From contig JAUQVK010000037.1 in assembly GCA_039794845.1 (NCBI GenBank), positions 28,048 through 92,047 on the forward strand: a DNA stretch of 64,000 bases, read 5' to 3'. Each line of letters opens with the position of its first letter. Within the stretch, counting starts at the first letter, position 1. The notes under the pieces were generated by a model. The model worked only from the letters and a program-made list of their open reading frames with translations, was not told the DNA's origin and did not search any database. Positions 9,892 through 19,376 of the stretch are shown piece after piece. This stretch comes from Thermostichus sp. DRC_bins_24 (GTDB lineage: Bacteria; Cyanobacteriota; Cyanobacteriia; Thermostichales; Thermostichaceae). The translations under genes were made by a program, and so were the position numbers.

Positions 9892-10725
9892 ATGAGTTAT
9901 CCGGCTTCCTTTGCGCAAGGATTGAATATCCAAGCTCCATCTGGCGGCTTTTTGGAAATCCGAGGCCTCGTTAAGGCCTATCGGGATCCCCAGGGTCGGG
10001 AACTGGTGGTGCTCAATGGCATTGATCTGACTGTGGGTGAAACTGAATATGTTTCGATGATTGGGCATTCGGGTTGCGGTAAATCCACCCTCTTAAAACT
10101 GGTGGCAGGACTGGAGCAACCCACCGAGGGATCCCTGACCCTAGAGGGCAAGCCCATTCGCAAGCCAGGGGCCGAACGGATGATGGTGTTTCAGCACTAT
10201 TCCTTGTTGCCGTGGCTGACGGTGCGAGAAAACATTCAGCTGGCGGTGGATGAAGTGCTGAAAACGAAGTCGGCTCAAGAGCGGCGACAAATCACAGAAG
10301 AACATATTGGCTTAGTCCATCTGGAAGCGGCTGCCCATAAATATCCCGACCAAATTTCTGGAGGCATGAAACAGCGGGTAGGGATCGCCCGTGCCCTGGC
10401 CATTCGACCGAAATTGTTGTTGATGGATGAGCCTTTTGGAGCCTTGGATGCCCTTACCCGACGCCGACTCCAGGAAGAGGTTTTGGGCATTTGGGAAACC
10501 CATCGACAGGCTGCAATCATGATTACCCACGATGTGGATGAAGCGGTCTATATGTCTGACAAAATCATCTTGATGAGCAATGGCCCTAAGGCCCGGATTG
10601 GGGAGATTTTGAACGTGGATCTACCGCGTCCGCGCCCCAGTCGGCATGATTTGCGCGAGATGAAAGCCTACCATGACCTACGCAATCATGCCTTGGATTT
10701 TTTGGAACGATCCTATCAAGGATAG
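9892..10725 (+). CDS. NrtD/CmpD-like ABC ATP-binding protein
   Basis: GHSGCGKST, ISGGMKQR, LLMDEPFGALD, ITHDVDEA. Confidence 0.9.
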   Translation: MSYPASFAQGLNIQAPSGGFLEIRGLVKAYRDPQGRELVVLNGIDLTVGETEYVSMIGHSGCGKSTLLKLVAGLEQPTEGSLTLEGKPIRKPGAERMMVFQHYSLLPWLTVRENIQLAVDEVLKTKSAQERRQITEEHIGLVHLEAAAHKYPDQISGGMKQRVGIARALAIRPKLLLMDEPFGALDALTRRRLQEEVLGIWETHRQAAIMITHDVDEAVYMSDKIILMSNGPKARIGEILNVDLPRPRPSRHDLREMKAYHDLRNHALDFLERSYQG

Positions 10726-10726
10726 A

Positions 10727-10808
10727 ACGATAAAACCTGCCCTGGGAGAGGAGTCTGGGGATATGGGCTGTGCTCAAATTGAACCGGTGACTCCCACCAT
10801 CTTCAAGG
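10727..10808 (-). repeat. Degenerate direct-repeat copy of tRNA-Val(GAC) 3' half plus flank (att-like)
   Basis: About 67/82 identity by hand alignment with 15280-15360 (ACGATAAAACC..TATGGGCTGTGCT..AATTGAACC..GACTCCCACC..TCAAGG). Confidence 0.85.
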
Positions 10809-10972
10809 ATCCGCTACCAGGGGCATCCACCTTTTGCCGAGGAGGGGGATCCCTGACTGGCTAGCCCGCAGCTCCACCGGGAGGGATCCAAGCCCAAAGG
10901 GATCCCACTTCCACTTCCCGACCTGGAAGAAGCCCGCGCTCTATCGCCTGGGATGGTGCTCCCCACCCCGCG

Positions 10973-11827
10973 TCACGGGGTGAGCGTCGGGTCCTTCACA
11001 GGAGCGGCTCCCTGACGAGGACGACCCAACAACGTGGTTCCCATGACAACCACCAGGGTGACCAGAAGGATCAGTGTCGAAAGTGCGTTGATTTCAGGCG
11101 TAACGCCGCGCCGCACCGTACTGTAAATCAGGATCGGCAAGGTCAGACTCTCTGGTCCGCTGGTAAAGAAAGAAATGACAAAATCATCAATCGAAAGGGT
11201 AAAAGCCAACAGCGCCCCCGCTAGGATCCCCGGCATGGCCAACGGCAGGGTTACATGGCGTAGCTTCTGCCAGGTATTGGCGTAAAGATCATGAGCGGCT
11301 TCTTCTAGGGTGGGATCCAACAGTTGCAATCGGCTCCGCACCACAATGGCCACAAAAGACACCTGGAAGGTGATGTGGGAGACAATCATCGTCCATAGGC
11401 CCAGCTCGAACAGCCCCGTGTAGTAGCGCAAAAACTGGTAGAACAGCAGCAAGGTGATCGCCATGACAATATCCGGGATGATCACCGGCAAGAGCATCAA
11501 CCCCTGGAAGGCATTTTTGCCCGGGAACCGATAGCGATACAGCCCGTAACCCAACAGGGATCCCAAGAAGGTGCTGATCAGGGTGCTGACCAGGGCCAGG
11601 ATCAAGGTATTTTGGGTGGCTCGCCAAGCCATCTGATTCTGGAACAGCAAGAGATACCAGTTGAAGGTGAAACCCGTCCACACCAAGCCAAAACGGGCAC
11701 GGTTAAAGGAGTAAATGACGATCAACAGGATCGGCAGATAGAGGAAGCCATAGATGGCATAGCTAACTCCCCGCAACCAACCCGGAATCTGAACAGGCAT
11801 GGGCAAAACCGGCCCTTTACGCATCAC
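10973..11827 (-). CDS. PotC-like polyamine ABC permease
   Basis: FLYLPILLIVIYSFN, GFTFNWY, LEEAAHDL.A, FTLSIDDFVISFF. Confidence 0.85.
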   Translation of the reverse strand: MMRKGPVLPMPVQIPGWLRGVSYAIYGFLYLPILLIVIYSFNRARFGLVWTGFTFNWYLLLFQNQMAWRATQNTLILALVSTLISTFLGSLLGYGLYRYRFPGKNAFQGLMLLPVIIPDIVMAITLLLFYQFLRYYTGLFELGLWTMIVSHITFQVSFVAIVVRSRLQLLDPTLEEAAHDLYANTWQKLRHVTLPLAMPGILAGALLAFTLSIDDFVISFFTSGPESLTLPILIYSTVRRGVTPEINALSTLILLVTLVVVMGTTLLGRPRQGAAPVKDPTLTP

Positions 11828-11887
11828 TGCCCATGATTTTATTTTTGGTTCAGAAGCTCGGGAATAGGGGTTGAACCCTCTAGGGTC

Positions 11888-12805
11888 TTAACAGGTTGCC
11901 GTCTGCTCACCGGCTGCATCCAACAGGGGCAATTCCACCCGTTCCACCGGGGGCCGAAAGCCCAACCAAGGGGTGGCCAACTGGGCAAATCGCTCCGGAT
12001 CCCCGCTGACACAAAAGCGATGCCCATCCCCCTGAAAAACCGGGACATGAGAACTGCCCCGACGATTCCCCGGGGGATGACGCAGCCCCCACAGTCCCAG
12101 CTCTTGAGCCAGGGATCCCACCAGAGCCACCCCCGGATCCACCCGTCGGACTGAGCGGGGCAAGAGAGGCCGCAAAATCGGATCCAGCACCGGGTAATGG
12201 GTACAGCCGTAAACCAGAGTATCGATCCCGTGTTGCAACAGAGGCTGCAAATACCGTTCCGCCGCTTGACGTAGGGCAGGGCTATCCGACTCTCCCGCCT
12301 CGATCAGGGGCACAAACTCTGGGCAAGCCTGTTCCCAGCACCGGACCGGGTGAGGGAATCGTTTGGGATTGAGGGCGCTGTACTCCCGAATGGCCTTGGA
12401 ATAAGCGCCACTATTCACCGTAGCCGTTGTGGCAATCACCCCAATTCGGGATCCCTGGGCCAGCGCCGCCTGAGCACCGGGTAAAATCAGACCGAAAATC
12501 GGCAGCGCATATTCCTGCCGCACCTGCTCCAGGGCCAAAGCCGAACTGGTATTGCAGGCCATCACCACCAGCTTGACCGGCTGAGCCTGCATCCAAGCCA
12601 AAATCTGGCGCACAAATGCCAAAATCTCTTCTGGGGAGCGCCCCCCATAGGGTACTCGTGCCGTGTCGCCAAAGTAGAGCAGCCGCTCTTGGGGCAGTTG
12701 CCTGCGCAGGGTTCGCCACACCGTCAGCCCCCCCAAGCCACTGTCAAACACCCCGATTGGCCAACAGGGATCCGGCTCTGATCCTGCGCCCCACTCAAAC
12801 TTCAT
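11888..12805 (-). CDS. murI: Glutamate racemase
   Basis: IGVFDSGLGGLTV, PYG, ACNT, GCTHYP. Confidence 0.95.
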   Translation of the reverse strand: MKFEWGAGSEPDPCWPIGVFDSGLGGLTVWRTLRRQLPQERLLYFGDTARVPYGGRSPEEILAFVRQILAWMQAQPVKLVVMACNTSSALALEQVRQEYALPIFGLILPGAQAALAQGSRIGVIATTATVNSGAYSKAIREYSALNPKRFPHPVRCWEQACPEFVPLIEAGESDSPALRQAAERYLQPLLQHGIDTLVYGCTHYPVLDPILRPLLPRSVRRVDPGVALVGSLAQELGLWGLRHPPGNRRGSSHVPVFQGDGHRFCVSGDPERFAQLATPWLGFRPPVERVELPLLDAAGEQTATC

Positions 12806-12901
12806 ACCCCATTCTCCTCAACACCCTCACACCCACCGGTGGGTTGCTGTATCCTATCGCCCTTTCTTGAGTCTCGGCGACAGCCCTTCCCTTGTGCAAG
12901 C

Positions 12902-14749
12902 TCAACGGTTGCGCAAAAAGGCTTCGATCCCATCGACGATGGCTCGGGATAGGATGGCCTGATATTCTGCCGTGGCAAGTTTTCGCCCTTCGGTTGGATT
13001 GGTCAGATAGCCCAGCTCCAGCAGCACAGAAGGCATTCCGGTGGGGGTCTCCCGCACCATAAAGAATCGTGCCCGTCTCACCCCCCGATCCGCCGCCCCT
13101 GTGGCTCTCACCAAGCTGCGGTGCAAAGTGGTGGCCAATTCGGCGCTATCGGGCCGTAGATAATAGGTTTCGATCCCATGGATGGCAGAACGATCTAGAG
13201 CATTGGCATGAATGCTCACCAGCAGGGTAGCGTTGGCCTCTACCGCGATATCCACCCGCGGTTGCAGGAGAATTTCCCGGTCATCGGTGCGGGTCATCAC
13301 CACACCATAGCCCCGTTCTTGCAGCAGTTGTTGCACCTGCTTAGAGATGGACAGAGTAATGTGCTTCTCCTGGATCCCATCCACACCAATAGCGCCGGGA
13401 TCCCGGCCTCCATGTCCGGCATCGATGGCGATGATCGGCCGTCCCACCGGTTGAGGGGGTTGCGGCTGGACGGGGAATTGCGGCTGAGCCATGGGCAAAG
13501 GAGCAGTTAGGGGCTGCAGCTGCAGCGTAATGCGTCGGGATCCCTGGCCAGGATTGGGCTCGAAAACATTAAATTCTTCAGAGGGCTGCACCAGAATATT
13601 GACGGTACGAGCATCCTCCTGCACGAAGCGAATCCGCTCCACCGGGCCATTGGCAGGCAACCCCGGATCCGGCAGCGATTGCGGCAGGCGAGCCGGTGCC
13701 ACACTGATGCGATAGCCGCCACTGGCAGGATCCCATCCGGCCCGATAAAACATGAAGCCATCGGCGCTGATGATCAGTTGGTTGCCCTGGAGTTGCACCG
13801 ATTGCAGCGTGGCCAACGGTCCACTGGCCCCCGAACCATTGGCATCCGGCAAAAGGCTGGCCTGCATTCCCCCCCCGGCGGGCTGAATCCAGATGCCACC
13901 CCGTTGCGCGTCATAACGGGCCTCCCAATCCCCACTCGAGGGATCCACCTCCAACACCACCCGCGCCACCGTCGGCTCAAATTGCCCGATCCTGAGGCGG
14001 GAAACCCCCAGTCGGTTGATCGGGTAAGCCCGCTGGGTGAGAGCCGGGCTGAGGGACGTTTGCAGAAAGTCCACCACCACCCGATCCGGGTCGAGAATCC
14101 GCCGCACCGTGGTGGAGGGGCTGCCCTGGGTACGAATGAAAAACCCTTCCGATTGTGGGGATACCTCTAAGATTTGGTTGCCAGAACGAGAGACTGGGGG
14201 GAGAAGAGGCGAATGGGGGGATTGGCTCCGAGGGGGTGGGGTGAGCAGAGGGGGAGGTAACGATGAGCCACCGGAGGAGGGGAACAGAGGGGCCAAAGAG
14301 AGGTTGCCGGCATGGGTAAATTGAACAGCCCAACGGGAGGGGTTGGCTGTGAGCAGTTGCACTTGGTTAAGGCTGAGGGGTTGATCCGGCTGCAGGTGCA
14401 ACACGAAGCGGGTGATGGTATCGGTCAGTTGGCTGATCTGCAGGGATCCGACACGGCCCGAAAAGGTTTGGGTTTGGGGATCCCGTCCCAAGCGGGTATT
14501 CGGGAAATCCAAAACCACCCTAGGCGGATCCTGCAGGATAAACAGGAAAGGCCGCACCTCCCCTTGGGTATTCACCTCCAGGCGCCCCTGCTGAGGGTTG
14601 TACTGCCAGTTGTCGATCCGAGATAAGCCGGTTGTCGCCGTTTGAGCTTGTACAGGTGGGGGAGAAAACAGCCCTGCCCCAGCCAAACCCAACAGCAGCA
14701 GCGACCCCCACACACTGGAAAGCCGGCCCTGATTTGTCTGTGGCCTCAT
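12902..14749 (-). CDS. N-acetylmuramoyl-L-alanine amidase with AMIN domains (AmiC-like); start uncertain
   Basis: Signal peptide, two AMIN-like repeats (PPRVVLDF, PDRVVVDF), IDAGHGGRDPGA, SIHAN, LLELGY. Confidence 0.9.
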   Translation of the reverse strand: MRPQTNQGRLSSVWGSLLLLGLAGAGLFSPPPVQAQTATTGLSRIDNWQYNPQQGRLEVNTQGEVRPFLFILQDPPRVVLDFPNTRLGRDPQTQTFSGRVGSLQISQLTDTITRFVLHLQPDQPLSLNQVQLLTANPSRWAVQFTHAGNLSLAPLFPSSGGSSLPPPLLTPPPRSQSPHSPLLPPVSRSGNQILEVSPQSEGFFIRTQGSPSTTVRRILDPDRVVVDFLQTSLSPALTQRAYPINRLGVSRLRIGQFEPTVARVVLEVDPSSGDWEARYDAQRGGIWIQPAGGGMQASLLPDANGSGASGPLATLQSVQLQGNQLIISADGFMFYRAGWDPASGGYRISVAPARLPQSLPDPGLPANGPVERIRFVQEDARTVNILVQPSEEFNVFEPNPGQGSRRITLQLQPLTAPLPMAQPQFPVQPQPPQPVGRPIIAIDAGHGGRDPGAIGVDGIQEKHITLSISKQVQQLLQERGYGVVMTRTDDREILLQPRVDIAVEANATLLVSIHANALDRSAIHGIETYYLRPDSAELATTLHRSLVRATGAADRGVRRARFFMVRETPTGMPSVLLELGYLTNPTEGRKLATAEYQAILSRAIVDGIEAFLRNR

Positions 14750-14929
14750 TGCACCGGGATCCCGTCTTGCCCCTAGCTTGTCCAATTCAGGCATGACACC
14801 CCACAAACTCCAGCACACCCGCTGCCCTCAACTATACCAACCTCCTCTCGGAGCGGCCTGAGGAGGAGCGCAATTCCACCCTTGTTTAGCTTAATTCGCG
14901 CAAGCCCCACGCTCTACCCGTTAGGGTGT

Positions 14930-15225
14930 TCGCGTAGCAAATAGAGGGTTCGCACATCATGCCCGGTTTGGGCTACCGCCAAAGCCCTGCCGATGGTATT
15001 GCTCGGATCCCGGCAGATCGACTCTTTCCCCGAGAAGGGATCCCATCTCGGCGGTCATGTTGATGACTCGGGCCTTGCTGTTTTGGTGGACTTGCAAAGC
15101 AAAGATCCGTCAGCCTGTTCGCCCCAGATCCCTTGCCAGATCTCTTGGATGTGAATCACCCAACCCTCAAAGTCCACGTGCCTCCATTGCAAAGCCAAAG
15201 CCTCAGAAGTCCGACACTCTGTTGG
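14930..15225 (-). pseudogene. Degraded tyrosine recombinase (phage integrase) remnant
   Basis: Hand translation: TECRTSEALALQWRHVDFEG..IHIQE (box I Arg), KSTK/frameshift/NSKARVINM (catalytic Lys turn), VAQTGHDVRTLY.Y (box II His/Tyr); HxxR region missing. Confidence 0.75.
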
Positions 15226-15316
15226 CAATTGGCAATCTGTATGGCAAAAGGAACCTCTCCGGTGAGGGATCCCCTAGAGACGATAAAACCCACTCTGGGA
15301 GCGGGTTCTGTGGGTA

Positions 15317-15388
15317 TGGGCTGTGCTGGAATTGAACCAGCGACTCCCACCGTGTCAAGGTGGTACTCTACCTCTGAGTTAACAGCCC
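15317..15388 (-). tRNA. tRNA-Val(GAC)
   Basis: GGGCTGT acceptor, CCACC-TTGACAC-GGTGG anticodon arm, GCTGG-TTCAATT-CCAGC T arm. Confidence 0.97.
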
Positions 15389-15525
15389 CCATTGGGGATC
15401 CGGCTGGGCATCGGCCCCGAAGCTGGAAATCGATGATATCACATCTACACCTGTCTCACCGGGAGCACCGCCCTTTCACCGGGCACTGACAACTTCTACA
15501 CAGGCTGTAGCCTCTCAATCAAGCC

Positions 15526-15837
15526 TCACGGGGATCCCGTCAGCAATTGATAGTGCAACACCTGTGGTGGCTGGGCAAAATAGGGGCCGATCAGGGCTCT
15601 CCACCGGACAAAGTTTTCCGATTGGCGGAAGTTCACCAGATGAGCCTCCAGGGATCCCCACTGAATCAACAGCAGGTAGTGCTGAGGGTGCTCTAGACAG
15701 CGTTGCAGTTGGTGCTGTCGGTAGCCATCGGTTTGCTGCAGATACCCAAAGGCCTGAGCGATTGCGGCTTCAAAGGCAGCTTCAGAACCCGGGGTAATTT
15801 CAAGCCGAGCCACCTCAAGAACAGGGGAAGTGCTCAT
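15526..15837 (-). CDS. Antibiotic biosynthesis monooxygenase (ABM) family protein
   Basis: VLEVARLEITPGSEAAFE, W.SLEAH..FRQS; ATGA overlap with cysH stop. Confidence 0.85.
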   Translation of the reverse strand: MSTSPVLEVARLEITPGSEAAFEAAIAQAFGYLQQTDGYRQHQLQRCLEHPQHYLLLIQWGSLEAHLVNFRQSENFVRWRALIGPYFAQPPQVLHYQLLTGSP

Positions 15838-16580
15838 GTATGCAGGCCACATTCGGTTTTGGCTTTGCCCTGCCAGCGACCAGAACGGGGATCCGCACCG
15901 GGGGCAACAGGGGCGGTGCAGTGAATACAGCCGATGCTGGGATAGTTGCGGTCGTGCAGGGAGTTGTAAGGGATCCCGTGGGTGCGGATGTAGTCCCACA
16001 CTTGGGTTTCTGTCCAGTCGGCCAGAGGGTTGAGCTTGAGGCGGTTGCGTTTGCCATCCCATTGCACTTTGCCAATATCAGCGCGGGTGGGGGATTGTTC
16101 CCGACGCATCCCCGTAATCCAGGTGGTACAGCTGACCAAGGCGCGATTCAAGGGCTCCACTTTGCGAATGCTACAGCAAAGGTCGGGGTTAGAACGATAC
16201 AGTTCCGGCTCGTATTGGGCCGCCTGCTCTTCTGGGGTGAGCAAGGGTTTCAAGCTCTCCAGCTGCAGATGGGGGTAGCGCGCCAAAATCTGTTCCCGCA
16301 GCTCTAGGGTTTCGGGAAAGTGAAAATCTGTATCCAGGAAAAAAGCACGGGTCTGGGGGCGAATGGCGGTGAGCAGGTCGATCAACACCAGATCTTCCGG
16401 GCCAAAGCTACAGGCCAGCAACAACCCATCCCCAAACTCTCGCTCCGCCCAGGTGAGCAAGTCGTTTGCAGGCAAAGACTCGAACTGTTCGCTCAAAAAC
16501 ACAACCTGGGACTGATACTGCTCCTGCAGCGCTTGGGCCGCCAGTTCCCAACGACTCAGGGAAGAACGTGTTGCCGTCAT
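15834..16580 (-). CDS. cysH: (P)APS reductase, Fe-S-containing type
   Basis: SFG, LDT.FHF.ET, CCSIRK, SIGCIHCT, RSGRW, ECGLH. Confidence 0.93.
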   Translation of the reverse strand: MTATRSSLSRWELAAQALQEQYQSQVVFLSEQFESLPANDLLTWAEREFGDGLLLACSFGPEDLVLIDLLTAIRPQTRAFFLDTDFHFPETLELREQILARYPHLQLESLKPLLTPEEQAAQYEPELYRSNPDLCCSIRKVEPLNRALVSCTTWITGMRREQSPTRADIGKVQWDGKRNRLKLNPLADWTETQVWDYIRTHGIPYNSLHDRNYPSIGCIHCTAPVAPGADPRSGRWQGKAKTECGLHT

Positions 16581-16653
16581 AGGGTGAAGACACCGAGTTA
16601 CCGTTATTTTCTTAATCTACATTAATTCGGTCAGGTTTTAGGAGTTTCTAGGG

Positions 16654-17583
16654 CTATCGTGCTGCTGCAGGCAGGGGTAGCCATTGGGATCCCCTGACCC
16701 GGAGGGGAATTTGCCCCCAACGATCCCGCCGGATCCCCATCACCAAGCCATGCCAAAGGGGGCTGGGATCCAGCTCTAGCAAGTTCACCCACTGGTAGCG
16801 CAACACCCCTCGCCGTGGATTCACGTCCAACTCAAAGATCCGCAGAGCGGAAATGGGCCCAACCAAAGGGGGGGCGGTCATGTAGGGGATCCCGTCTCGC
16901 ACGTAGACCTTCGGCACGTGCAAATGCCCACTCAACACCGCCACCACGCGGCCATGGCTGGCCAAGATGCTATGCAGGGTGAGGGCTTGTTCGGTGAGGA
17001 GCCGATACTTGCGGAACAACAGCGAGTCCATTTGGGTAGAAGAGGTGAAGGGAGGCTGATGAATCAGCAGGATCAGCCATTCCTCCGGCAGGGTTTGCAG
17101 GTGCTGGGCGAGCCACTGCAGTTGGGCTGGGCGCAAGACACCCTGGGGCAACGGGAAACGGCCTAAGCTGGCATCCAAGGCGATCAATCGGATCCCGGGC
17201 AGAGGGGAAAGGCTGTAATCCACGTAACCGGTCGGGGCCGGCGACAGCGGAAACTGGTCTTGGCACCAACGGACGAATTGCTCTCGGTTGAAACGCCCCT
17301 TTCTCCCCAAGGTGTCGATGTCGTGGTTGCCGAGGCTGAGGTAGTAGGGCACTCGCAGCCGAGCGAGAATCTCTTGAAAACACTGAAAACTGGCGGGATC
17401 CGCTTGATCCACCAAATCTCCGGTAAAAACCACAAAGCGCAGATCCGGCACTTGGTTGAGGTGGGCGATGGCTGATTCCAACTGGCGACGGGGAGAGTCC
17501 GACATCCACCAACAGCGGCACCCTGTCTCCGGCATCAGGTGAGTATCCGAGACTTGTGCAAAACGAATGCGTTCGGTTGCCAT
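16654..17583 (-). CDS. Metallophosphoesterase (CpdA/Icc-like)
   Basis: SDTH, TGDLVD, GNHD, GHLH motifs. Confidence 0.85.
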   Translation of the reverse strand: MATERIRFAQVSDTHLMPETGCRCWWMSDSPRRQLESAIAHLNQVPDLRFVVFTGDLVDQADPASFQCFQEILARLRVPYYLSLGNHDIDTLGRKGRFNREQFVRWCQDQFPLSPAPTGYVDYSLSPLPGIRLIALDASLGRFPLPQGVLRPAQLQWLAQHLQTLPEEWLILLIHQPPFTSSTQMDSLLFRKYRLLTEQALTLHSILASHGRVVAVLSGHLHVPKVYVRDGIPYMTAPPLVGPISALRIFELDVNPRRGVLRYQWVNLLELDPSPLWHGLVMGIRRDRWGQIPLRVRGSQWLPLPAAAR

Positions 17584-17726
17584 CAGCTTGATACTTATTC
17601 ACACCTCACGCCCGGATCATAGTCAATAACTGCCCTCAGGGCTATGGGCTTCTCTTAACCTCAAGGGATCCCACTCCAAAACTCCTGCCCCACCGTCATC
17701 CCATCCGGGTTTGGGTCGAACTCAAC

Positions 17727-19319
17727 TTAAGAATGCTCCAACAGTTGTCGTTTCGGCTCCCCAAAAGGTTCTGAAGGGAATCTGACCTTGCCCGTTTCGA
17801 TGCGGATTTGGGGTAGGGATTCTGGGTAATGGGTCTGTACAAAATTCAACATTTGCTCGCGCACATCACATCGCAAATCCCAGGCTTTCGGCGAATCGAC
17901 GGCACTGACCAAGACCCGTAACTCTACCGTGCGCTCTCTTAACTCAGTCACCTGTAAGGCGTAAACTCGCCCATCCCAGAGAGGGTGCCGACGTACGATC
18001 TCCTCGAACTTTTCCCGCAACACTTGCACGGGAATCGTGTAGTCCACGTACATAAAGATGGTGCCGATGATCGAGGCGGAGGTACGTGTCCAGTTTTGGA
18101 AGGGCCGCTCGATAAAGTAGCTAATCGGCAATACCAACCGCCGCCAATCCCAAATTTTCACCACCACATAGGTAAGGGTAATTTCTTCGATCCAACCCCA
18201 TTCGTTTTCCACGATCACCACATCACCCAGGCGGATCGGTTGGGTAAAGGCAATTTGAATCCCGGCAAACAGGTTACCCAGGGCCTTCTGCATGGCAAAG
18301 CCGATGATGATCCCGGCCACACCGGCCGAGGCGATGATCGCCTGACCAAACTGTCTGACGGCGGGGAAAAACAACAGCACAGCGGCAACCGTCAACAACC
18401 CCAGCACAAACAGGCCAATGCGTTGAATCACATGCACTTGGGTGTAGATGGTGCGTGCCCTCAGGTTGTCGGCAGCAGAAATATCGAACTTACGCAGGAT
18501 GATGTCATCCAGATTCAGGAAAAACTGAGCCAGCACCCAAGCTAGGCTGAGAATGCTCATTACCCACGACAAAGCCGTGATCCCCTCTTGAAAGGCGGCG
18601 GGCACCGGCACCAACTGAAAAAACACCAACACCGCCAACAACGGGGCGATCACCTCCAGACAGCGAACCGTCGTCGGGATCCAAATGGCATGGAGAAAAG
18701 AAGCCTGTTTGGCTTTGCGGGCCGCGGCTTTGGCGCGATTGCGCACCTGTTCCAACACCAGCAGGGTGAACCAGACCCCACCCACCACCGAAGAGCCGAC
18801 GATCAGGTAGTACAAAACCCTGAACATTTGCCGCCCAGAAATGCGGTCGTAGCCCTCCAGGTAGCTGAGCAGAGGAGCCATGGCCAAAAAGCCCCCATAC
18901 ACCCAAATTTGGAAGCTGAGGGGACGAATTAAGCTAATTAGCAGGGTGCGGGAGAGAAAGTGACGGATCCGTCGGCGCCGTTGGGGATGCAGTTCTCGGC
19001 GAATGAAGCGGCGCACCCCCACCACCAAGCTGCCGATGAGGGCCATCAGCACCCCTGTGGCCACCAGACTCTGCACGCCCAACGGGATCCCACTCGGATC
19101 GGATCCCACCAATTGCACCAGCCTCTGCAACCCTTCCAGACTCAACCGGGTGGTGAAATCGGCCACTTGGTTGAGAAATTCCCCCGTGAAACGGGCCGGC
19201 AAAGATTCGGTGGCCCCCTCAGCGTTCGGGATCCCATCCGGAAGGGTTTCGCCGGCCCCTTGAGCCGGCAACATCCCCAGTGGCCCTTGAGTTAGGAACT
19301 CCAGCATCCGCAACAGCAT
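17727..19319 (-). CDS. MscS-family mechanosensitive channel
   Basis: Multiple TMs, ASAGVAGIIIGFA, NLFAG, PIRLGD, IEEITL, FQNWTR. Confidence 0.9.
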   Translation of the reverse strand: MLLRMLEFLTQGPLGMLPAQGAGETLPDGIPNAEGATESLPARFTGEFLNQVADFTTRLSLEGLQRLVQLVGSDPSGIPLGVQSLVATGVLMALIGSLVVGVRRFIRRELHPQRRRRIRHFLSRTLLISLIRPLSFQIWVYGGFLAMAPLLSYLEGYDRISGRQMFRVLYYLIVGSSVVGGVWFTLLVLEQVRNRAKAAARKAKQASFLHAIWIPTTVRCLEVIAPLLAVLVFFQLVPVPAAFQEGITALSWVMSILSLAWVLAQFFLNLDDIILRKFDISAADNLRARTIYTQVHVIQRIGLFVLGLLTVAAVLLFFPAVRQFGQAIIASAGVAGIIIGFAMQKALGNLFAGIQIAFTQPIRLGDVVIVENEWGWIEEITLTYVVVKIWDWRRLVLPISYFIERPFQNWTRTSASIIGTIFMYVDYTIPVQVLREKFEEIVRRHPLWDGRVYALQVTELRERTVELRVLVSAVDSPKAWDLRCDVREQMLNFVQTHYPESLPQIRIETGKVRFPSEPFGEPKRQLLEHS

Positions 19320-19376
19320 CGGTCAAAATCGCCCCCACCTTAGCAAGGGATCCGTTGCCATCCAACCCGGGCTCGA

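Noticed and set aside
10764..10808. Second functional tRNA-Val
   Set aside because: Lacks the 5' acceptor strand and D arm; T stem and anticodon are disrupted
15057..15489. ORF-track ORFs around tRNA-Val
   Set aside because: Shadow frames of the tRNA and the integrase remnant
16654..17583. Metallophosphoesterase as the c-di-AMP phosphodiesterase for the riboswitch operon
   Set aside because: About 6 kb from the operon, on the opposite strand, with generic CpdA-like motifs only; no sequence support for a link
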